From Felis catus (lineage: Eukaryota), in assembly GCF_018350175.1 (NCBI RefSeq), contig NC_058368.1:120592001-120656000 (forward strand): 64,000 bases of DNA, in the 5' to 3' direction. The notes beneath the pieces are model-generated. The model had not been told where the DNA came from. It saw nothing but the letters and a program-made list of their open reading frames with translations, and did no database searches. Positions 50,165-63,017 of the stretch are shown in pieces. How positions within the stretch are numbered: the stretch's first letter is position 1; every line of letters begins with the position of its first letter. Both the position numbers and the translations under genes were made by a program.

Positions 50165-50629
50165 TGTTGTAGGTAGAATTGTGTTCCCCAGAAAGACATG
50201 ACCAAGTCCTAGCCCTCAGGATTTACAAATGTGACACTAATTAAAAATAGAGATTCTGCAGATGTAATCAAGTTGAGACTAAGACATACTGAGTTAGATT
50301 GAGTACGAAATCCAGTGAATGGTGTCTCTATAAGAGAAAAGAGAGAGAGAGATCTAGACACAGAAACACCAGGGGAAAAGATCACAGGATGATGGCGGCA
50401 GAGATTGGATGAACTCATTTACAAGCCCAAAACACCAAGAGGTACCAGCAGCTACCAGTAGGTAAGAAGAGGCAATGAGGGATCCTCCCTACAGCCTTCA
50501 GAAGGAGCAGGCATCTGCCAGCATCTTAATTTTGGACTTCGAGATTTAAGAAATGTGAGATAAGAAATTGCTGGCTTTTAAGCCATTTGCTTTGTGGTAC
50601 TTTGTTATGACAGCCCTAGGAAATTAACA
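50165..50629 (+). mobile_element. MaLR solo LTR (MLT1C-like)
   Basis: gaattgtgttcccc...tgcagatgtaatcaagtt...cagccttcagaaggagc...tgtggtactttgttatgacagccctaggaaattaaca. Confidence 0.85.
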
Positions 50630-51584
50630 TTGTCAACCTTATCATTTTTTTTTTCCTTCAAGGACCATACTTCAGTACTGTATCTAAAAACTCATCATCA
50701 AACTCAAGGTCACCTAGATTTTCTCCCATGTATTTTTCTGGAAATTTTAAAGTTTTGTTTTGTTTTTAATTTTCGACTGATCCATTTTGAGTTCGCTTTT
50801 GTGAAAGGTGTCAGGTCTGTGTCCAGGTTCAGTATTTCGCATGCTGACATGCAAACGTTCCACCATTTATTGCAGTGACAATCCTTTCTTGGTAGAATCT
50901 CCTTTGTACCTTTGCCAAAAATCAGTTAACTATATTGGTGTGGGTTTGAGCTATATGTTTAAATATTTGGTTATTTTCCATAGATGATATAATCCATTAA
51001 ATTCTTTCATAATTTTTTTATATTTGCAGCAGATTTTATTGCTCTTCCTTTCCTCTAGATCATTTATCAAAAAGAAAAAAAAAACTCCAGTTTCTCTAGG
51101 CACTACACAAAAATGGTGATATAAATTTCTTACATCAACTGAAAATGATTCATAATCATTTTCTTATTTGTACCTCCAGGCATTGAAGAAGATAAACTCT
51201 GCTTTGGAGTCACAGATTTAGAAAAATATATATTATGAAATTTTAAATGTTCATATGTGTGCTTTTTATATCAGCTGGGGAGGAAGTTTGCATTAGGGCT
51301 AAATAAGACAAGAGAGAGATTTATTATGAAATATGAGGTCCTGCCCTACAGAGGACTCATTTTATGACTTCATAAAAATGCATTAATAACAGGACACTCC
51401 TCTTTCCCCTCCCCACACACAAACCACTGTGAGGCACACAGATGTTACAAAAGCAGTATCCCAAAGGATAAGAACCTCATCTTTCTTGGTGACTATTGTA
51501 TTCCCTACTCCAAGCATAGTCTCACACATTGTCAAAACTCAGCAAATATTTGTTGAATGAAAGATGATGTCATAAGCTTTCATA

Positions 51585-51961
51585 AGTTGCAAAGAAATGG
51601 GCAGCAGGTTGATGGACCAAAGGCTGAATCTGGGTCACAGGTATGTTTTAAGTGTCTCGTACTTAAAAAGTTAAAAAATAATTTTTAAAAAACTGCAGTC
51701 ATTTCTAACATGTTTAAATGAGAAAAACTCTCATAAAAACCTAGGTTTCAGTCTTAGCTTTACAAAAGTTGGAGGATTCGGCAACACTAAGCCTTCATTT
51801 CCATTAAAACTGTGTTGAACACTTATTCTCCATTTGGAGAGGGCAGGTGTTCTACAATTCACAACAGACGCCACCAATTCTAATTGTTAAAAACATGGCC
51901 AGCTTCACATATTTACCTTATCTGCCTAATTCTCATAAACATATTGGGTTTTCAACCCTTG
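51585..51961. mobile_element. hAT DNA transposon relic (MER119-like)
   Basis: ggcaacactaagccttcatttcca...ggccagcttcacatattta...ttgggttttcaacccttg resembles recalled MER119. Confidence 0.5.
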
Positions 51962-52359
51962 TTATGTGGATTTGAAGTACCACTACTTACAGAGATTTCT
52001 GGGCAGGGTGGGAGGATAGTGGGGGTTAGAACAAATTCTTTGAAAATAATTTCTATTATAAGAAAATGCTATTTGTTGAGAATTAGAGCTATGCTATGTA
52101 TTCTATACTCACTACATGGCATGAAATATGTTTTATCCTTTACAATCATCCTAGGTAGTAGCTCTAATTGTTGCTTCTTTCTGTAGCTTAGAGGCTACAT
52201 TCTTGCTCAAAGGCATAGCAAGTAGGCAAATAGCTATAGAAACTCACATCTGAACTCATAACCATTCCACCATGATTTAAACCACCTTGTCAACCTCTTG
52301 AGAGCAGGAAGAATCATGCCTGGTGACCCTATGGTGATACAAATTCATTCTTTGTAGTT

Positions 52360-52825
52360 TAGTGTGAGCATAATGGAAAGACTAGACAAATTCAGAGCAA
52401 CTTTACAACTTAGTAGCTCTGTGACCTTGGGAATGTCATTTAACTCCTTGTTTATTCCTATGTTCAGTTTTGATAGTAATATTAACCTTACTGGTTGTCG
52501 TAAGGGTTCAAAAAATGTAGATAAAACTTCTACAGGGGCGCCTGGGTGGCGCAGTCGGTTAAGCGTCCGACTTCAGCCAGGTCACGATCTCGCGGTCCGT
52601 GAGTTCGAGCCCCGCGTCAGGCTCTGGGCTGATGGCTCGGAGCCTGGAGCCTGTTTCCCATTCTGTGTCTCCCTCTCTCTCTGCCCCTCCCCCGTTCATG
52701 CTCTGTCTCTCTCTGTCCCAAAAATAAATAAACGTTGAAAAAAAAAATTAAAAATAAATAAATAAATAAAAACTTCTACAAAACTCTTACTACATAGTTA
52801 ATGTTCAATCTGTGGTCACTGTTGA
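52360..52825 (+). mobile_element. MIR split by a young SINE
   Basis: acttagtagctctgtgaccttgggaatgtcatttaact ... acatagttaatgttcaat. Confidence 0.65.
52535..52768 (+). mobile_element. Young SINEC_Fc
   Basis: Near-consensus, CpG-intact; TSD aaaacttctaca (52523-52534 / 52769-52780). Confidence 0.97.
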
Positions 52826-53194
52826 ATGTAAGTCAGACGTATATTTTAGAGTTAGAGAACAAAACAGGGACTCCAGATGAAAGAAATATAATGATGGGTA
52901 CTTTTCCCAGATGAAAAATGGGTGGGGAGTTGTAGAGGAAAAGAAGGATCGTGGACAGTGAGAAAACACCAAGCTTCAATGATTTGTCAGGGATGCAAAT
53001 ATTATGTTCACTCCAAACTCCAAATTCGAGGCCCAGAGATGACCAGAGGAGGCTAATAAAAGTGGAACAATGCCAAGAAACTTAAGGCCTGGTAACTTTA
53101 CCCTTTTTTTATTTTTTCCAAATGCAAATCATTCCCCTGAAGGCATCCTGCCATGTGTCACCTAAGAGGCATTTAGCTTCCAGTTATACAACTT

Positions 53195-53880
53195 TCATCA
53201 AATAGTTACCAAACATATACTCTACACCAGGTACTGAGTTAGGTGCCAAAGCTTCCTTAATGAACAAGACAGAGTTCAGGACCTCCCTCCAATTGCTCAT
53301 TGTCAGAGTTTATGTGGTGGGAGAGGAGATCAAGTAAACAGTCAATTCCAATATAAGTAAATTATCTCACAGATTAAGTAAAAGTGTCATGTGAGCAAAG
53401 GAAAGGAACAAGATCAAAGAAGCTTCTTGGACAAAGAAATTTTTGGAGGGGACATGGACCATGCGAAGGGAGACAATACCAGACTTCATTGACCTACTTG
53501 GGAGTAAGTACAGAGTACAGTAATGAAGGAAGGAGAGAGTGCCTTAGAGAAAACAGCATGTGCAAATACTTACAGATGAGAGAGAACATAAATTGTTTGT
53601 GGGGTTTTAAGCAATTCTGAGCACCTTGGGTTTAAGAAGTGAAATTACAAGGACAAGAAAAAGAGCCCAAGGATCTTTAAGTAAGATATAGCTCAAGAAA
53701 GACTTTAGGAATTATATTCAAGTGTTTGGAATTTATTCTCACAACTGTAGTGAATCATCGAAGTTTTTGGGAAACATACACCTGAGGAGGAACACTCTGA
53801 CTTCCAAGTGGCAAGAGAATTGGAAGATGATGAGTAGAAAAGATCAAAGGCAAGAAACCAACTTGAAGACACTTGCAGTA
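53195..53880 (-). mobile_element. L2 3' region
   Basis: ccaggtactgagttaggtgcc..atgaacaagacag...aacagcatgtgcaaa...gtttggaatttattct. Confidence 0.7.
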
Positions 53881-53918
53881 ACATCTTGATTTAATTTACT
53901 CAGCCCCTTTACAGTTTC

Positions 53919-54354
53919 TGTAGTAGATACTTGGATATGCTGCCCAGATCCCCCTTTAATAAAGAACTTTTTGTCCCTGCTCCTGGGAGTACTGTCAGCA
54001 GACATCACCTGTCAGCCCCATAAGTAATGACCTGAGCCCAAGGTTATGCTTCCAGGTCACCCAAAGACCCATATCCAATGACTATTTGCTGTGTTAGTAT
54101 GAAGCCCTGGCCATCCGTGCCCAACACATAACAATGCTTGGTTACCATTCTAGATCCAGAGCTCTATTCCATGTTGGGTCATGTGAGGAAATATTTGGGC
54201 CATGATCACAATTCAACTTCTCTCCCCATTCAATTACGCATCCTTATCCACCTTTACAGGTTTAATGCCAAGAAACTCCATACCAAAAAAAAAAATATCC
54301 TGCACAGTACACTTCAAGTCTAAATCTGCTTTCTGGAGAACTCAATCTGTGACA
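53919..54354 (+). mobile_element. ERVL solo LTR (LTR16A-like), full length
   Basis: TG...CA ends (tgtag / gtgaca) with perfect 5-bp TSD gtttc (53914-53918 / 54355-54359); catatccaatgact, atcctgcac..tctgctttctggagaac. Confidence 0.8.
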
Positions 54355-55085
54355 GTTTCCACATTATACACAGTGACTTCAACAGGTCTACCATTCCAAT
54401 GCTAACTCTGTATTGGCAATATTTTATCATTTTCATAACTTTACAGCATTAAGACCTTTGTTTTCCATTTGTTTTCCTTTGTTACTGTTTACAAATACCA
54501 AAGACTATACTAAAGTCATTTTGTTATTAGCCATATATGTAACTTGTGTAAGGAATTTGCTTTCTCAGAATAAACTAATCCCGGTTCATGTAGTTACATG
54601 ACAGAGCCATGAATCTCTACAGTGATATTCTATTTCTGCATGTAATGCCCTATTTCCCTGAAGGTCTAGTAACTTATGAGTAGAATCTCTGCTTCAAGAG
54701 ATCACTCAACTGTACTGGCCTAAAAATGCAAGTTCCTGTGTGGATAAATTTTCTTTTGACAGATATGTTGAGAAGTCTGCTGTCCAAACAACAAATATGT
54801 TTTTCATTCCATGAGAGAAGAAAATCTATCAGAGGTTTCCAAACGTTTTGCTATGAATGAGTTACTGGGAAGTCTAGATATTGATCTTCTCAGATTCTGG
54901 GCTGGGTGCTTGTCCTGGGCTGGTTGCTCTTGGCTGTAAGCAGCCTCATCCCTTTTGCCCAACATGTCATACTTAAGTAGAAGCATCTATGATACCCTGG
55001 AACACAGTGCAGCAAACTATAGACTGTGCACATGAAAGAGAAGTATTTAGTTGACATCTCTCTATATACAGCCCTCCAAAAAATA

Positions 55086-55269
55086 TTTTTAAAAATGTTT
55101 ATTTATTTTGAGAGAAAGAGTGAAAGCATGAGTGGCGAGGGGCAAGGAGAGAGGGAGAGGGAGAATCCCAAGCAGACTCTCTGCTGACAGCACAGATCTC
55201 ATGAACCATGACATCATGATTTGAGCCCAAATCAAGAATCAGATGCTTAACCGAGTCCCCAGGCACTCC
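55086..55269 (-). mobile_element. CanSINE (older, internally deleted)
   Basis: atgtttatttattttgagag...gaatcccaagcagactc...aaatcaagaatcagatgcttaaccga; TSD ccctccaaaaa on both sides. Confidence 0.92.
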
Positions 55270-56092
55270 CCCTCCAAAAATAACCTCTAAATTTCTATGA
55301 TATGAGCTTATTTTGTAATTATTTTATTAAGAAAACTCAATTCTCAAACATAGCAATTAGGAAGGAGGAGGAGGAAGAGGAGGAAGAAAATGCATATTAA
55401 TCTAATTTACTCCCCCTAATTAGGTGAATAGTGAAAAGTCAACGCTACCCACTTTGTAGTGTTTCCCAAATATATTTGATCATGAAACCCTTTTTCAGTG
55501 ACCCACTGGGAAATGATGGTTTAAGTGACGTCTGTTTTGCTGCAAATCAAAGAAAACTAAAAGTTGTTTGCTGATTTGATGGCCTAAGTGTGATACAGTA
55601 CAGAACAGGAAGTACCCCCAGGATGTGAATAAAAGTAACTTATGTCAGATAGAAATAAATGATTGAATCACTGTTGTAGAGAATTTTAAAGCTGGAAGAA
55701 TTCTTCAGAGATCATAAGACATAAGCACATCATTTTTTCAAAGTGAAAACTGAGATTCAGAATGAAAACAAAAGACTTGTTCATGCTCACATAGGAAAGT
55801 GATGGAAGAACCAACCACATTCATTTGTTACATGAATGAACGAATAAATGAATGAGTAAATAATTCCATTTAAAAACTGTACTTTGTTAAGAAAAAGAGA
55901 ACGAGATCATTTATGAGTCTTTGAGAATATTAATTAGGAACTAGTAATTACTTATAGTAGGAAAGACATCTGACAAGAAAAAGATTTCTAGAAACAAAGA
56001 AGATATAGAGAACATCGTATTCATTAATGGATGAATTCCATGAGGTCAGAATCCGAATGACAGTAGAGGATCATTTTTTTAAAACATATACA

Positions 56093-56313
56093 GGGGCGCC
56101 TGGGTGGCGCAGTCGGTTAAGCGTCCGACTTCAGCCAGGCCATGATCTCGCGGTCCGTGAGTTCGAGCCCCGCATCAGGCTCTGGGCTGATGGCTCAGAG
56201 CCTGGAGCCTGTTTCCGATTCTGTGTCTCCCTCTCTCTCTGCCCCTCCCCCGTTCATGCTCTGTCTCTCTCTGTCCCAAAAATAAATAAACGTTGAAAAA
56301 AAAAATTAAAAAA
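56093..56313 (+). mobile_element. Young SINEC_Fc
   Basis: CpG-rich; TSD aaaacatataca / aaaccatataca. Confidence 0.97.
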
Positions 56314-56574
56314 AAACCATATACATAGCGCAGTATATATTTTAATGTTATTTACTATGTTATATATTTAATAGATTATATATTTTGTTATTGCTTTCAT
56401 ATATTTACATTATCCAATATATAATCCAGTTTTTTACATATTTCATTTCAAATTACACGTTTAAAAGGTCACTGCAGCAGTATAAAAACACAATAAAACC
56501 CGTGTGCCATAATTAAATCTTAAATTTCACCACATTTGTAGTAACACTCTAAGTATGCTTGAATCTGACATGTA

Positions 56575-57300
56575 TGACATGAATATTTTCTGCCAGTTTG
56601 GGTTTGCATATTCATTTTCTTTGTGGTGTCTTTTGAAGAGTTAAAATTTTAAATTGTGATTAAACAAAATTTATCAGTCTTTCTTTTATGGCTCATGTTT
56701 TTGGGACCTTTCTAATAGATCCTGGTCTACTCCAAGGTGACAAAAATACTTTTCTATGTTTAATTCTGGAAATTTTATATTTTCAACTGTTACATTTATA
56801 TGTATGATCTATCTCAATTTAATCTTGTGTCTAGTGTGAGGTAAGAGTCAAGATTGCTTGACTGCCATTTATAGAAAAGTGATGTATTTTCCCCATTAAA
56901 TTTCATTGGGATCTTTGTCAAAATTAAATTGCCTGTATATTTTAGGATCAGTTTCTAGACTCTATTCTATTTATATGAAGATCCACACACCAAAACCATA
57001 CTACCTTGGTTATTATAGCTTCATAATACATATTAAAAACAGGTTATCTTAAAATAACTCAGCTTTGTTCTTTTTTCTTTTGTAGTTTTTCAAGTTAATC
57101 TAGCTTATTTGCATTCTCAAATAATTTCAGAATCAGATTGTCAATTTTCACCAAAAACTAAGATGAACATTTTTATTGAGATTGCACTGATTTAATAGAT
57201 CAAGTTGAAGACAATTTATGTTTAAAAAGTTTGGATTTTCCAATCTTCAAATATGATATGTTTATTCATTTAAGGAGGCCTCCTGTTAATATTTTTTCAT
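56575..57300 (-). mobile_element. Old L1M ORF2 relic
   Basis: tagtgtgaggtaagagtcaag, atctttgtcaaaattaaattg, cagaatcagattgtcaatttt, attgagattgcactgatttaatagatc. Confidence 0.7.
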
Positions 57301-57317
57301 TTAAATTTCATCTTTCT

Positions 57318-57550
57318 GGGGGCACCTGGGTGGCTCAATCAGTTGAGCCGCCAACTTGATTTTGGCTCAGGTCATGATCTCACAATTCATGAGATCAAGC
57401 TCCACATTGGGTTCTCTGTGCTGAGGGCACAGAGTCTGCTTGGGATTCTCTCTCTCCCTCTCTCTCTCTGCCCCTCCCCTACTCGTGCACACATACACAT
57501 TCTCTCTCTTAAAATAAATAAACTTTAAAAACGATGATGATGATGATGAT
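57318..57550 (+). mobile_element. CanSINE (SINEC_Fc3-like) with (GAT)6 in the tail
   Basis: ggggcacctgggtggctcaatcagttgag...; TSD aatttcatctttct (57304) / aatttcatctctct (57551). Confidence 0.93.
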
Positions 57551-58434
57551 AATTTCATCTCTCTCGATATCCAGATTTTGGCCCTTGCTCTCCTTTCATT
57601 TGCATCTGTTATATAGTTTAATATCCTTTTATTTTTTACCTTTCTAAATATCTTCATTTTAAGAGTACATTTCAGTGTACACACAGGATTAGAAATTGTA
57701 TTGTTAACCAATATGATTTTTTAAACTGCAATAGATGAAGTACACCTATTTATATTTACTAATATAAAAATATTTAAAAAAATCAATCTGTCTTTTGAAA
57801 ATATTTTATTGACATATTCAGGCCATCAATACAATTTGCTTTTGAATCAATTTTCCACTTCATTTGATCTCTTGATTTCATTCTTGAAAGCATGATTATA
57901 TTTGTTCTAGTAATACCCTTTATACAGATATCTTTATATAATACCACTAGCATCTGCTTTTGGGGGACTTCCTGTCTATTATCCTCTACTCTGATACTGA
58001 AGTTATCTAACTTGACCACAGGATCTGATCTGAGTAGGTAATACATAAAGAACTAGTTAAAAACTAAAAAGTTGCCATAATTATCACAGTTTTCATATAC
58101 CTTTCCATTCCCCTCCAACTTTTGATAGTTATACTTTATCTACATTGTCAGAACACATCACTCTAAATAACAGTTAGCTCTAGAGATAAAGATATATTTA
58201 GCACTTACCACCGGGATGTAGTGAATTCCTAATGACTGTTAGTAGTATAACTTTTTTTTTTAGTTAACATTATATCACTTATTTTGCCTACTTATCAACC
58301 ATTCCAAGATGTCATTTTTACAACTGAATTGTGTATAATTATTAGTTTTCTGTAATTTACGTCTGTGATCTTACATTATTAAACCTTTGGATTTGAGCTC
58401 ATATCATACATATCCACATCCCTAGCACATGGCA

Positions 58435-58670
58435 AACAGTATGGTATGATGGAAATGGCAGTGTACCAACTCTAAACCTTGACTCTGCCACTCACTAGCT
58501 ACAGAACTATGGACAAATTAATGCAGCTCCATGAGCCTTAGTTTTCTCACCTGTAATGGGGATTAGTAATATCTACCTCAGAACTGTTGCCAAGACTATA
58601 ATGTATATTGTATATCTATTCTTAAGTTACACAAAAATCAGGTGGCCAGTATTATTCTGAATAAAAAAAT
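58435..58670 (+). mobile_element. MIR SINE
   Basis: actctgccactcactagct...gagccttagttttctcacctgtaatgggg. Confidence 0.8.
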
Positions 58671-59004
58671 GTTGAAAAAGGATGAAGAACAAATTGGATT
58701 CAGTTTCAATAACTAAGAATCTATAAAGTGCAAAGCACTATTCTGAATATATTTAAGAATGTGAATATGTGAATAGCTCTATCCACAGATCGCTCCTGTC
58801 ATAGTGGAGGTCCCAAATGTCATGATGTTGCTAAGGTCAGCTAATCAGTTATTTCTTCAAGCTGATCACTGGTTTGTTATTGTTTGTCTACTTGAGCCTA
58901 GTATAAAGCCACTGTTGTAAACTTGGACTTCAACACTATTAAGACTTGGGTATTTTGTGAACACAGTACAAATGCCCCTCTCCATATATGAGTTTTTAAG
59001 CTCT

Positions 59005-59225
59005 AGGATCACAGGCAATATTTGGAATAGATCAGTCTTAGAATAATGAAATTATAGATTTAAACCTCATTGCTATCACTAGCTAGTAATGTCAACTAGG
59101 AGCTTACTTTACCTTTCTGAGCTTCACAAATGGACAAGAGTAATATAAATCCTCATAATGTTGTCAGAATTAACTAATACTGATAAAGCATCCCAAAGAA
59201 TAGTAAAAATACACTGTTAGTTACA
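59005..59225 (+). mobile_element. MIR SINE
   Basis: tcactagctagtaatgtc..ttactttacctttctgagcttca. Confidence 0.5.
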
Positions 59226-60139
59226 TTTTGTTTTAAAGCCAGTGCTTGAGGTTTATTTCTGATGCTTACCTAATCAAAATGGTGAAATCAACACTACCAT
59301 CTTAATTTATCCACATAACCTTGATAATGATTGTGTGGCAATGCTTCATTTAAGGTCATCATCCAGAACATTCAGAATCTTACATTACGTTTATAACTAG
59401 ATCACTAGAAATAACTAGAAAGGAGGCATGTTTAAATTCTCTTGGTGATTTCATGGTCCCCTGAGTCACATCTGTAGACCCTGGGCTGGGAATCACAGGT
59501 TTACTTCATCTTTCTTTTTTCATCTCCCCAGCAACATGAGAAATGTCACAGCCACAATTGGGCAGCCATCTGTGAGCTTGATGGAAAGCATTGTGTGGTC
59601 TGGTATGTCTTTAGACGGAAACATTAATTAATAGAATTCACTCTGGGTTCACCAACATTTAATTAACTAGATTAAACGAATTTCTATTGATTATAAAAAG
59701 TATGACAGCACCAAATTAAAGGGACTACTTGATTGTTACAATTATAAAGGCTCCATTTCATGATGATGGCTGTCTGCTAAAACCCCAAAGATGCAGTCAG
59801 GGACAAAGCGAATCCATTGGAAATGACCATCACGGTTGCAGGTCTTTTTATGTCTTCTGAAGCACTCATGATGCTTCTGTGGGGGCTACATAATTATGCT
59901 GAGTGACTGGAATTGTCACTGGAATTATGCTGGGTGTGATGGAATTGGAGCAACTGATATGCTGCTTCATTTTCACCTTCCTAATTTGGCTTCCATTTAG
60001 AAATATGCAGGTGAAGGGACATTTTCTCCTAATAACTTCTCCTGAAGTTGGTGGATTTTCTGATTAAAAAAATAAAGCAGACTACTCGTAGAAAATTGGC
60101 AAAATACAGTGAAAAGTACAAAAGAAATAAAAATAACAC

Positions 60140-60320
60140 ATAATGGCTAGCATATATTGAGCACTTAATACATGCCAAGTAGAGTCCTAATGCTTTATTT
60201 TCATAATTTTATGAATCAAATTCTCACAACATCCCTATGAAAGTGTCATTATTATTATTCACACTGCATGGTTAAGAAATTGAAGATGTGAAAGATAAAG
60301 TAACTTTTCCAAAATAACAC
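60140..60320 (-). mobile_element. MIR SINE
   Basis: atggctagcatatattgagcactt..tgccaag...ttctcacaacatccctatga. Confidence 0.7.
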
Positions 60321-61016
60321 AAAAAAATTACTCATAACTCCACTTTCCAAAGATAAGAACTCTTAATATTGTAATAGTTTTAATAGTTTCCCTCCCATTC
60401 ATATATCTTTTCTATCACGACTAGTTGGGCAAGTTTAATACTTTATTTCTGTCCATATTACAGCAAAATTTAGAAAGGAGATTAGTAATTCCTGTTACGG
60501 AGATAACAAAACTGAGACTCAGTTTGATTAATATGCTCAAGGTAATACAAGTACTGTCAGAGTCAAGAATTTAACCCATGTACCTCTGACACTAAAACAT
60601 ACAGCCTTTCCAATATATATCACAGCCCTACTTTTTCAATATTAAAGTTACATCAGTGCTAAGATTTAAGTCTTATGCTTCTAAACACCAAGACTACACT
60701 CTGTTCATTAGGTCACTCCCACTTAAAGATTCACGTTGTGTGGGGTCAAACTAGGTCTACCACCATGGGACACATTTCCCCCACACACATAGTATAGAAA
60801 AGACATCAAATAAAAGAGGGTATTATTGTAATATTGAAATTACTAGGATGAAAGTCTGGAATTTGGTTGACAAATTGTTTATTTAGTATTATTCATCTCA
60901 TTTGCTTTGAAAGGCATCACCTTCAGTGCTCCCATTCACCACCACAGAGTGAGTTGGAAAACTCCTTTTAGAGAAACTGTGTCCATGTGTTTTAAGAGGC
61001 TTAAGAATCTTTTCTT

Positions 61017-61438
61017 TTAAAAAAGCATTTCCTTTCTTAAAAAAATTTATTTATTTAAATTAAAGTTAGTTAATATACAGTATCATATTGGTTTCAGGAG
61101 TAGAACCCAGTGATTCATCACTTACCTGTAACACCCCGTGCTCATCCCAACAAGTGTCCTCCTTAATCTAGCCCATCACTCCACCCAACACCCCTTCAGA
61201 AACCCTCAGTTTGTTCCCTGTATTTCAGTCTCTTATGCTTTGCCTCCCTGTCTTCATCTTATTTTTCCTTCCCTTCTCCTATGTTCATCTGTTTTGGTTC
61301 TTAAATTTCACATGAGTGAAATCATGTTATTTGTCTTTCTCTGACTTTTTTCACTTAGCATTCTACACTCTAGTTCCATCCATTGTTGCAATGGCAAGAT
61401 TTCATTCTTTTTGATCATTGAGTAATATTCCATGCTGT

Positions 61439-61486
<48 letters not shown>

Positions 61487-61657
61487 CTCACATCTTTTTT
61501 ATCCATTCTTCAGTCGATGGACATTTAGGCTCTTTCCATAATATGACTGCTATGGATATCACTGCTATAAACAAGGGGGTACATGTGTCCCTTCTAATCA
61601 GTACTTTTGTATCCTTTGAATAAATACTTAGTAGTGCAATTGCTGAGTCATAGAGTA
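61017..61657 (-). mobile_element. Carnivore L1 3' end (non-inverted part of a twin-primed L1), with (TG)n at about 61436-61484
   Basis: gttagttaatatacag..ggtttcaggagtagaa..gtgattcatcactta; ORF text FFIHSSVDGHLGSFH is antisense ORF2. Confidence 0.94.
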
Positions 61658-63009
61658 TACTCCACTAAAAAATTGCTAGAACTGATACATGAATTCAGCA
61701 AAGTCGCAGGATACAAAATCCATAGACAGAAATCTATTGCATTTCTATACACCAATAATGAATCAGGAGAAAGGGAAATCAAGGAATCAATCCCATTTAC
61801 AATTGCACTAAAAACCATAAGATACCTAAAAGTAAACCTAACCAAAGAGGTAAAAGATCTGTATACTGAAAACTACAGAAAACTTATGAAAGAAATTGAA
61901 GAAGACACAAAGAAATAGAAAAATATCCCATGCTCATATATTAGAAGAACAAATATTGTCAAAATGTCTATACTACCCAAAGCAATCTACATATTCAGTG
62001 CAATCCCTATCAAAATAACACCAGCATTCTTCACAGAGCTAGAACAAACAATTCTAAAATTTATATGGAACCAGAAAACACCCTGAATAACCAAAGTAAT
62101 GTTGAAAAGATAACCAAAGCTGGAGGCATCACAATTCTGGACTTCAAGGTGTAATACAAACCTGTAATCATCAAGACAATATAATACTAGCACAAAAACA
62201 GACACATGGATCAGCAGAACAGCATAGAGAACCCAGAAATGGACTCACAAATGTGTGGCCAACTAATCTTCAACAAAGCAGGGAAGAATATCTCCAAAAG
62301 ACAGTCTCTTTAGCAAATGGTGCTGGGAAGACTAGACAGAAGAATGAAACTAGACCACTTTCTTATACCATACACAAAAATATATTCAAAATGGATGCAA
62401 GGCCTAATTGTGAGATAGGAAACTATCAAAATTCTACAGGAAAAGAGAGTCAGCAACCTCTCTGACCTCAGCCACTGCAACTTCTTACTACACATGTCCC
62501 TGGAGGCAAGGGAAACAAAAGCAAAAATGAACTATTGGAACCTCATCAAGATAAAAAGCTCCTGCATGGTGAAGGAAACCATTAACAAAACTAAAAGGCA
62601 ATTGATGGAATGGGAAAAGATATTTACAAATGACATTATTGGACAAAGTGTTAGTATCCAAAATCTATAAAGAACTTCTCAAACTCGACACCCCAAAAAA
62701 CCAAATAATCCAGTGAAGAAATAAAAAGAAGACATGACTAGATACTTTTCCAAAGAAGTCATCCAGACGGCTAACAGACACATGAAAAGATGTGCAACAT
62801 CACTCTTCATCAAGGAAATACTAATCCAAACCATGATGAGATACCACCTCACACCTGTCAGAATGGCTAAAATGAACAACTCAGGAAATAAGAGATGTTA
62901 ATGAGGATTTGGAGAAAGGGGCGCACTTTTGCACTGTTGGTGGGAATGCAAACTGGTACAGCCACTCTGGATAATAGTATGGAGGTTCCTCAAAAAATTT
63001 AAAAAAGAA
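61658..63009 (+). mobile_element. L1 ORF2 segment (inverted part of the same L1)
   Basis: STKKLLELIHEFSKVAGYKI..QKSIAFLYTNN..EIKESIPFTIA; ends gaggttcctcaaaaaatttaaaaaagaa; contains frameshifts and stops. Confidence 0.95.
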
Positions 63010-63017
63010 TCATTTCT

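Larger units (their letters stand above)
47105..50945 (-). mobile_element. Old L1 (L1MC/MD-like) 3' region hosting four later insertions
   Basis: gagctctttcagttggttcttgtgtc, ggagaatggtattagaaacca, gagtaatattccattgtatggactac, aaaggtgtcaggtctgtgtccaggttc; colinear across the insertions. Confidence 0.75.

Noticed and set aside
59892..59947. Imperfect direct repeat aattatgctg..tggaattg
   Set aside because: Small local duplication with no array structure
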